Position numbers and translations under genes: made by a program. From Phoronis australis (taxonomy: Eukaryota; Animalia; Phoronida): DNA of 64,000 nucleotides. The stretch covers positions 1 through 64,000 of the forward strand of contig NMRA01000491.1 of the NCBI GenBank assembly GCA_002633005.1, read 5' to 3'. Numbering within the stretch: the first letter of the stretch is position 1; each line of letters begins with the position of its first letter. The notes beneath the pieces were generated by a model. That model was not told where the DNA came from, searched no databases, and saw only the letters and a list, made by a program, of their open reading frames with translations. Positions 1 to 9,000 of the stretch are shown piece by piece.

Positions 1-508
1 TGTCTCTGGCTATATTATCAAACTTCCAGAAAAAGTCTTCCCAAGTGCCTAGCTTACCACTGAAAGTTAGGTTGCGCGGAGCACGTTGCAAGTAGTTAGT
101 TGAACCCCCCGCCGGTTTAGATGACATGTTAGTATGTGGAGATGAAGTTGTTTTTTCAAAAGCACCACCACTAGCCATGCTGGTCTTGGACGGGGTAAAT
201 TTCATCGCTAATTTTGGGAACGATACAGGAGCTGAAACAGTTTTGGATGGTGTTTCCTTACCATAACTGTCAACCAACTCTACAACTTTAGCTAAATCTT
301 CCGGCAGACCAGACGGGATGGAGAAGTCGATGTGTTTCTGCATCGTCTTGGTCGGCTTCCAACCAGAATGTATTTTAGTTACATTCTCCGGTGTAATCGC
401 TGACACTGCTCTGAAGTCGATTACTGCAGTAGCAACATCAGTGGTCATACCCGGAAGGTCTAATAATGTCGCAGCGTCACAACAATTAATCAGAATCTTG
501 GACGCCAT
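1..508 (-). CDS. Gag-like ORF of an LTR retrotransposon with an N-terminal helix-hairpin-helix (ComEA/HHH_3-like) domain; runs off the window edge
   Basis: Open frame from ATG at 508 to base 1 (absent from the ORF track because no stop is in the window). It begins MASKILINCCDAATLLDLPGMTTDVATAVIDFR, resembling the ININ.A....L..LPG.....A..II..R HhH pattern. A low-complexity linker follows, then PRNLTFSGKLGTWEDFFWKFDNIARD, resembling the F.G...W..F...F...A start of Ty3/Gypsy capsid domains. It lies downstream of an LTR and PBS. Confidence 0.75.
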   Translation of the reverse strand, partial: MASKILINCCDAATLLDLPGMTTDVATAVIDFRAVSAITPENVTKIHSGWKPTKTMQKHIDFSIPSGLPEDLAKVVELVDSYGKETPSKTVSAPVSFPKLAMKFTPSKTSMASGGAFEKTTSSPHTNMSSKPAGGSTNYLQRAPRNLTFSGKLGTWEDFFWKFDNIARD

Positions 509-1247
509 GATGATTGGTGCTGGAAGGCACTAACAACGCAGGAGAATTCCTGAAATATACTAAATTATACCATGAACTATCTGGAAAAGAAAAAAAACAA
601 TAATGAAACAAGAAACTGATAATATATATAAAGAAAAATGTATACTCCTACAATACACCGAAAACAAAACTGAAACCACGTGGTTTCAGCTACCACCACG
701 CCATGGGGCAGTACCGGGACGCACGGAAAATTTAGTAAACAAACTTTAAATTCCGCGCCACGGTGAAAAAAACAAGGAAAAGTAACGCACGCAGTAAACG
801 CCGACTACGCCAAATGTAGTGAATGTGGCTATTAAGGTTCTTTTCGGGCTACTNGGGTGTGGCACTAATTAAATGTAGGTCTGAAAAGACTAAACTTGGA
901 AACAATACCAAATAAAAATTATACTAATGGTAATTATATTTACTAGACAAAAATGAAAAATGAAGAATATAATAACAAATAAACGAAACAGCTGAACACC
1001 CGTGTTCAGTGACCTACCCGCTACCACACGGGTGGTACCGAGCGACAAGGAAAAACAAGTCCACGAAAATTATTTTGAACTACGCGCCACTCGGTGTAAA
1101 GGTAGAAACTGCACGTAGCAACTACGCCAAATGTTGAGAATGTGGCTATTAAGGTTCTTTTCGGGCTACTCACCCTCGTTCATTCCTTGACTTAAGCACG
1201 CTGTCAGAAATACGTCCTCTTGCCATGGAGGACAACACACGAGAGCC

Positions 1248-1306
1248 ATGGAATGGAAATCCATTGGGATGTTCCCGCGCAGGTTCAAATCCTGCCGACT
1301 ACGCCA
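1248..1306 (+). other. Extended primer-binding site: 3' 59 nt of tRNA-Ser including CCA (not a functional tRNA gene)
   Basis: ATGGA-ATGGAAA-TCCAT-T-GGGA-TGT-TCCC-GC-GCAGG-TTCAAAT-CCTGC-CGACTAC-G-CCA matches the anticodon arm, long variable arm, T arm and 3' acceptor strand of eukaryotic tRNA-Ser(AGA). There is no D arm or 5' acceptor strand, and CCA is encoded. Confidence 0.9.
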
Positions 1307-1308
1307 AA

Positions 1309-1551
1309 TGTTGTGACTCGATACACAGGTTCTCGTGCAGCTTACCTTTACTCATATGAAAGCTTGAATACACGCTTGAGTTGAANCGACCATAACACTC
1401 ATACGAACAAGGACGGACGACATTGAAACTGGACAACGAATATCTACCTAGGTTCACGACACGGCCATTTTGTCGAATGTAGCGCCGTCTATTGTTGCTT
1501 AGAGTTCGGCGCCTGCTAAGCGGGCGAGCTTTTAACAATTCATTCATTACA
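1309..1551 (-). repeat. Putative 5' LTR (~243 bp)
   Basis: On the minus strand it begins TGTAATGA and ends GTCACAACA (TG...CA termini, imperfect terminal inverted repeat), 2 nt before the PBS. The inner end (1309) is well supported; the outer end is inferred because the second LTR is outside the window. Confidence 0.6.
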
Positions 1552-2066
1552 AAAAGAAAGTAGATTGCCAGAAATGGGAAGAAATAGCATAAAATGACTA
1601 GGAGTCTGCTTTTAAATAAAGATGAAAATGGGCATTTTGTGTCCTCCGATCAGATTCGATGCGCAAGGAGCGGATAACCGCCCTGAACTCCGGTAAGGCC
1701 AGTGGCACTTAGTGCGGGCCTCAGTATCTGAACATGTGCCGGTGTATACTTGATGTTACCGCAAGGTGAGACAGATTCCATATGTTCTCCATTGCTTCTC
1801 CCCAATGGAATTCAGTATCCAAAGTGTAAACCTGAAACTCAAAAAGGTGATAATTGTCATTGTCTCACTCGGTTGAGTTACTGAACATATAAAAAAAGAA
1901 GCGGCCACCGCGACACTGATTTTTCATTGTTGGTCTGGTCGACAATGCTCGTCGCGGGTAAAAAAATATCGCCTTGTGCGCTGGTTCACAGCAAAAAGTC
2001 ACGTTCTTTTGTGTGAGTGTACGGTATGTGCGTACCATGCAGTGTACGCGTGTTTGCCTAGTGACT

Positions 2067-2305
2067 CAGAGGCGGATCTACAGGGGGTTTAACCCCCCCC
2101 CCCTCGGGACAGGATCAAAAATAAAAACTGGAAAAAAAATCGCCAGAAAAACGAAATTAGCTACTAAAAATCCCAAAAAATCTTACACGGGAGGAGGGAA
2201 ACCCCGCTCTCGCGACCTTCCTTCTCCTCGGCGCTACGCGCCTCGGATTCTCTCGAATCCTAAACCCCCCCCCCCTTAATTACTGAAATCGTAGATCTGC
2301 CACTG
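2067..2305. mobile_element. MITE (non-autonomous DNA transposon) with 5-bp TSD
   Basis: TIRs CAGAGGCGGATCTAC / GTAGATCTGCCACTG; exact flanking duplication TGACT at 2062-2066 and 2306-2310; internal poly-C runs. Confidence 0.8.
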
Positions 2306-2824
2306 TGACTAGAGTCATAGTATGAACATTTGGCTTTGAGGTCCCCGGACAAAAAATCGCATTGTGTGCCTAGCCCAACACTAACTTAATAGGCCACTTT
2401 AGGGGTACACCGAGACTGCCGCCGCGGCAAGGGCGCTGCGCTATCAGTCAGAACAGTTCTCTTCTCATAAAGTTTTTGTCTACGGCTCAGTTCTTTTCTC
2501 ACGGACGGCACTGTTCTTTTTATCACGTGCCGTCATTCTATTTTTAAGGAATTCTTTTCTCATAAACCTCATGTTCATAGATGAGAAAAGAAATAAGGTT
2601 CACCTGTAAAGAACATCGTACCTAAGTTATTGACGCGTTTTTAGGCCCATGGGCCTGTATCCGAAATCAGAATACCCATTTCGCGGCCTTCAAGTGGTTC
2701 GTATGTTGGCGCATGTGCCTGCATGTACGCAAGTAATGCCCCTTGCATAGGCCCATGCTTGATTCGCAAATATCGGGCGTACTCGTTTTGACTACCGCTG
2801 TTCTCTTTTACATGCCCCCCCCCC

Positions 2825-2988
2825 NNNNNNNNNNNNNNNNNNNNNNNNNNNNNNNNNNNNNNNNNNNNNNNNNNNNNNNNNNNNNNNNNNNNNNNNNNNN
2901 NNNNNNNNNNNNNNNNNNNNNNNNNNNNNNNNNNNNNNNNNNNNNNNNNNNNNNNNNNNNNNNNNNNNNNNNNNNNNNNNNNNNNNNN
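2825..2988. other. Assembly gap flanked by poly-C and poly-G
   Basis: Run of Ns between C10 and G13 homopolymers, probably a sequencing dropout inside a GC-rich hairpin repeat. Confidence 0.9.
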
Positions 2989-4059
2989 GGGGGGGGGGGG
3001 GTTCAGATCTAATGATTCCAAGTGTCAAATTCGGAACACGACGCAATCGGAACTATGGCTAAGTAAGCGCTCTCCCACGATATCCCAGGCGACCGGCAGT
3101 GGCGCTGGGCACAACGACTCCGTTTCCGTCGTCTGCTCCACTGTGCAATGAAGAAAATCACTTCATTTTTTAAAGAAAATGGAATCTGAGTGATGATGAA
3201 AAACAGAAGCTGCTGGTAAGATGTCAATTTTAATCGAAGCCTTAGTGAATCACTCAGAAACATGTAATAAGCATTACAAAAGAAGGAGGTTTCGCACGTA
3301 AACGCTGTGAACCATAAACAAATAGGTCTCTTAGATTAAGTTAGTAAAATGCGATTTATTGAAGACGGAAACATAAAATCTGCAAAATACATGGTATTGC
3401 TAAAGACGTACACCGCCACGTCACGTGGTATTGCCAAAGACGGACACCGCCACGTCACGTACATCAGACGAACGATGGGTTTGCAGCGCAGTTTTAGTCT
3501 TCAGAGACTGTAAGTAACATCTACTATTCATATTTAATGAGTTCGTTGTTGTTTAACGATTTCGTTGTCCGCCGGAACTAGTTCGCCATAAATTGTCTGT
3601 TGAAAGAATGACATGATGTAGAAATATGAGCGCGATAATAGCTAATAATAATTTTACTAAATTTCAACACTGAAGAGTTTAAGGTTGTGTAGGACCTTAT
3701 TCACAAGCCTGTGTATTGAATCTGTGACGGGACGTTCGTAACTACGCTTATTGTTATTCTTATTAAGTTGCAAGTGTTAAGTTATTCTTATGCTAATGTC
3801 TTTGTTGCGTCTCAGTGCGCCTTTGTTACGTGGGCATGCGGGCGCGACTGAATGTGTCGGGCACCTCGCTAGCGACAGGCTTAGGAGAAGGATTTTCCTT
3901 CCTTTGCCTACATGAAATTGATCGTTATCAGTGTGTAACTGAACTGAACGTATGCCTGATGCGGTGAAATACACATTTTTGATGCTCAGTGGAGACTTGC
4001 TCTGTTACAAATCAAATGTCTTCAAAACTCTAGATTTTAACTCCATATAAATTTATATT

Positions 4060-4550
4060 CTCTGAAAGTAATAGTCTGCAAACTTTGATTTTTGACTTAA
4101 CACCATTAAATGAGTCATGTGACCATCTCTTCCAGTAAAATTTAGCAAAAAAAAGAAAGTTACATTCATAGCCTAACAGCTCAAAAGTATTACCAAATGC
4201 TGCTTAATATCAATGTTCACGACGAAATCTCAAAAACTTTGCAACAGTTTTTCAAATTGTAATTTTGTGTTCGTTTTTATTTTTTATAACGATCACAATT
4301 GTCCTATTTTTAACAACCCGCATGTAAAAGTGATAATTTTTACAACGAAGCATAGCATCAAAAAATTCATGTGAATCCGATCATTCGTTTCCGTCTGAGA
4401 TATTGTGGTCTGAAGTTAGCCAAATTTGGACTGACGTTTTTTAGGGTTTATCATAACTTCAATGGACATTACAATATTTTCGGACGAAAAACGCATTTGG
4501 TGGGATTATTGTCGGATAGGATAGACTTTTTTGAAGTTACATGTAGCTTT
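4060..4550. repeat. Abundant dispersed AT-rich repeat family (probable non-autonomous DNA transposon)
   Basis: Shared motifs (TGAATCCGATC..., GAAGTTAGCCAAATTTGGAC, TATCTCAAAAA, GTCATGTGACC) recur in either orientation near 24000-24280, 27080-27570, 28920-29600, 36370-36630, 40900-41340 and 48590-49100. Boundaries are approximate. Confidence 0.6.
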
Positions 4551-5533
4551 GACCAGGGGCCCGTTCCAAGAAACTGCCTTAAGTTCATTTTTTTACTTAA
4601 GTCGAAGATTTTTTTAACGTTACAAACTTGAAATTTCCACAACCGGCAAGGTAGTTAAAATTAAGGCAAAACTTATATCAGAAACTTTTGTCAAACTTTA
4701 GATATCTTTCTTGAAACATCTTGAGACAAGTTTAAGTTTTATCATGCAGTTTAATACGCTTAAAATATTGTTATCGAGTGGTTCTAGTTAGCTCCGCCAG
4801 GAGAGCGTTCTACCACGAAGGTTCAAGTTTGGAATCCGCGCTGTTATTGATAATTTCAGAAAATCATTTTTCTCTACGATAATGTCACTTTAAACAGGTC
4901 GTCAAATACTAAACCTAATCAAATTCTATACTAATCTGCAGTGTAAGCGTTGTGCTTTAGTGTTAGGGTTCTTTAAATGTGCTACGCATTAGCGGGTATC
5001 CAGAAATGGTGTTCGATGTGCTACGCGGGAGAGGTATCAACAATGATTACGTAACCAAATGCTGGTTATGTTTCACTACTGACACAAAGCTCCACATTTT
5101 GCCTGGAGGTTCATGTAATAGTTCCTTTAATCATTTGTTTCCCAGAAATTATGAATTCAAAATTTTAGAAACAGTTTTCATCGTAATATTTGGAACACGA
5201 AGTAAGCCAACCTCTTTTCCTCACGCACTGCACGCCGGGCATTTTCATTAAAGACTTTATTTCCTGTAAATAATTTTTTTCCCTGTAAGCTGCATTTTAT
5301 TACTAGTGCGCGGCAATTTTGTGGTGAACACATTTTTCTTTATGTATCACGCGGTCGTGCCGTTGAATACTTGAAACATCTGTACATTTCCAGTAAGTTT
5401 CCCCCCGAATATCCGTTAGTCCCTATGCCTACAGAGATAATCTTTCGGGGCATTTTGTGGGTGTATAACCATGGGTTTTGGCACATAACGTATAGTATTG
5501 GACAAAAAACATGCCTACACAATGAGTGCTTAC

Positions 5534-5855
5534 CAGTGGCGGATTTAGGGGAGCGGTAGGGCCAAGGGGGCCATGGCCCCCCTAAAATTCTCCCAGATAC
5601 CATTTGGGAGTTCGGGTTGCGAATTGCTAAGTAGCATCTGCGCGCACCCAAGGGGTTCGGAAGGCGAATGCACAATGCATAGGACTTGAACAAACCCCGT
5701 TTACCGTTTTTTGTAGTAAGAAGGTCTACAAACCCAAAATTTCGAGACCCCTGCATCCCTATATTTTAGGCTGGGCGCGCTGATGTGACGGAATTCTGGT
5801 TATTCCTGTGCCCTGGCCTCCCCCCCTCTAACTCAAAATCCTGGATCTGCCCTTG
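5534..5855. mobile_element. MITE of the CAGTGGCGGAT...GATCTGCC family
   Basis: TIRs CAGTGGCGGATTTAGG / CCTGGATCTGCCCTTG; flanks CTTAC / TTTAC (4 of 5 match). The interior resembles the copy at ~21651-21819. Confidence 0.7.
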
Positions 5856-6025
5856 TTTACAGCATCTCCCAGGGAAACCAGTGCGAAGCTGGACTGTCCC
5901 GGAGAGTCATGGTCATCCGTATATCACGAAAGCACTACAAAATGCTTAAGATTGAACTAGTGAACGAAAAAATATATTTTTAGGATTGGTCAACAAACAC
6001 GTGGTCACATATAATAGTTTAATAA

Positions 6026-9000
6026 TTAGAATTGGTGTTGATGCTTGTGTTCTATTTGACGTTGATTCGGAAATGAGCCATCGTTGTCAATCAGAACTTT
6101 TAGGTACACGGCCAATGACGCCACGCCCACTCCGCTTGAATGTGAAGAACACCCGTCTGTAACGATACCGCCAAAATATGTTAAACAACTGACAAAACGC
6201 GTTGGCTAATCATTGAGGCCAGAATACAGATAACAAGGAATCAAACAATCCTGTTACCGCACAGAGTCGACTGGATTTAGAAACAAGCGCCAACAAAATA
6301 CGGGAGTAATACCAGAGCACATTTAAAAATATCATTTCATTGAAACTCAATACCCCCAAGACCACGTTTGTAAATGAAGATAAGAGGCATGTGCGCATGT
6401 GTAAACATCTATTTTTGAGGAAGAAAGCCCATAATTATACGGTGAGCATCGCCGTTTACATTTATCATCTATTTACAAAATATGCATTGTCTTGGCTTTA
6501 CGAGTATAGAGGGGTGGGCCACGGATAGTGTTTCGTTAGACCCTAGTTAAAGACCACATAATATTGATTCTTGAGAACACGTAAACAACTAGAAATTATG
6601 GATGCTTATAGGCTTGTTCGATTAAATTAAATTTTCTCTCATTAGATGCTTAAAAGGATACTAAACCCAGTGTTTTTATTAGTGATTTCAACCAATCCTC
6701 GTTCTGCTACCTGATAGTGCACAATTGGCGTCCCACTTGAGTGACAAAAGCAGGATTCAACAAAAAAACTCACCTTTCTTTGTCACAGATGGATAATATG
6801 GTAATTGATGGATAGTCTTTCCCTATACTTGCTGTGTAACTGAACGTCATTTTTAATATCTGTTAATAGGCAAAAACCGGATTTGGTATCCTTTTAAGTA
6901 CTAGTGAATCGTCACTTGGTAATCATGCGTTACAAACCTTTCAATTGTCTTTCAAAGAGAAGTTTTCTGGCACCGAAAACGGGACTGAAAGAAAACCACA
7001 TAGTTATGTAGACCTTTTGGTACCAATACCAGAACGTGTAATCGAACCATACCAGTTTCCCTCCTAGGAAAGTATTCCGCGGCCCCTGGGTGTACATGAG
7101 CAGGTGAGGTGTACAGGACGTGACGCTCACTCAAATGGGTGTTTTATGACCAGATTCCTTATGAAAAGGACACCTTCCGAAAGAAATATCCACACGAAAT
7201 TGTTCACTTTGTGGGTTAAAAACTCAACAAAATTATTCATTTTTGCAATATTCTACACTAAGGAGCGCTACGCATTCTCTTTACGTTTGTTTCGTTTAAT
7301 AGACTGCAAGCCAAAGGGTCGTTTTATAAATTTTAATTCATTCTGTAAATTCCAATTCGGTATTAAGACTACCTAGCAGATATGTTTCATGGTCTTAGAC
7401 TAATGTCAAACGCTTCATTTCAGCAACAACAAAAAATAATAACGTCCTCGTGATATATATAGATTATTACATGGCGAAGTCATTATCCCCCGTTATCTAG
7501 AGCCCGAGTGGATTTTGGAGAATTATCGCCCGAGGGGCGTCAGCCCCGAGGGTGATAATTCTGCAAAATCCACGAGGGCTCTAGATAAGGGGGATAACGA
7601 CTGAGAACATGTAATAATCTATTTATACCACATACTAAACGAGAAACATTGCAATGAATCTATCTACCTTTCTCGACTCGCCTCGGCATTGTAACTACTT
7701 TCTATGTCAGAGGACCGGGGTCGGAGGTCGTGACCTTTTAAGAAAAGCCGAGCTATTTTTGTCAAATAATGCTTATACTCAAAACCAATTAGAAATTTAA
7801 ACAAAATAGAAATGAAGTGAATCTCTAAATTTAGGTTAAGCAACTACTATAGCTTAAAACACGTTTTTTACACGCTAAGCTTCGACCGGGAAATTATCGT
7901 CTGCTAAAGTAGGTTACCACTGGTAACTGAATATAATTCTCAAGTCAAAGATCCTGACGACACGATACCCGCATTCAAACTGGAGATCGGTGATTTACAA
8001 GTAAGAGGACATGAAAGAAAAATTTCACTGAAGATATCATTTTTATGGAAATTATGTGTCTTATTTTTCGTAGCGTATAAGTACAGTACGATGCGGTTTG
8101 TTGAACGTGCGATTATTGCGCGTGCTCATTTAAGTATTCTATTTTCACTCTTGATGACGTCAGTCGCTGCGTGGTGTAGTGGTTAAGTCGGCGACCTCCA
8201 AACTCTAGGGTCCCGGGTTCGACTCCGTCCTCGGTTTCCCGCCAAATCGTTATCTCACTAGTGAGATAACTTTATGGGTTATTACACGGTTTTATCTGCC
8301 ATTTGACGCTAATATTGTGGTATAATAATATTTTATACCACATTTTCAGCCTGAAGTGGTCAATACAACCGTTAAGTAACCCATGTAGTTATTCAACACG
8401 CATTGAATAACATTTTGGCGGTAAACCGTGGCTGGTTTCGAATCTGCTCCGCAAGAGTTTCGAGTCGTCGTCTTTACTACTGCACGCAACTAAGCAGCTG
8501 ATGTCATCAAACGTGAAAATAGAGTACTTAAATGAGCACGAGCAACAATCGCCTGTTCAACAAACGGCATTGTACCAACATTTATAGGCTATGAAAAACA
8601 AGACGCCCAATTTCAATAAAAACGACGTCTTTAATTCAGTAAAATCAGGAAGAGTGGTTATCTCTTCCTGGTAAAATTTATCTGTCATTTTCTCTCACTT
8701 GGAAATCATCGATCTCCAGTTTAAATGTGAGTAACGTGTCGTCGGAATCCTTTGACTTGAACATTATACTCAGTAACCACTGGTAACCTATTTTAGCAGA
8801 CGATATTTTCACGGTGGAAGCTTTGCATAAGATGTGTAGTTAGGTAGACTAGCTGCTTAAAAATTATGTTACAGATTCATTTTATTTCTGTTTTGTTTCA
8901 ATTTGTATTTGATTTTAAGTAAAAACATCATTGTAACAAGAAAAACTCGGCGTTTCTTAAAAGGTCACGACCTCCGACCCCAGGCCTCTGACATGGAAAG

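Larger units (their letters stand above)
1..1551 (-). mobile_element. 5' end of a Ty3/Gypsy-like LTR retrotransposon (LTR, tRNA-Ser PBS, structured leader, gag start)
   Basis: Minus-strand order: candidate LTR 1551-1309, TT spacer, TGGCGTAGTCGGCAGG PBS, leader, gag-like ORF. Single Ns at 854 and 1386 may be assembly joins. Confidence 0.8.

Noticed and set aside
318-533. 71-aa plus-strand ORF
   Set aside because: Antisense shadow of the gag-like ORF; no recognisable motif.
1248-1306. Functional tRNA-Ser(GGA) gene
   Set aside because: No D arm, A box or 5' acceptor strand; CCA is encoded and it abuts an LTR end, so it is a PBS-derived copy.
2641-3046. ORFs spanning the N gap
   Set aside because: They are open only because Ns contain no stop codons.
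8164-8236. tRNA-Trp(CCA) gene
   Set aside because: A and B boxes and a CT-CCA-AA loop are present, but the acceptor and anticodon stems do not pair, and it lies inside a repeat.
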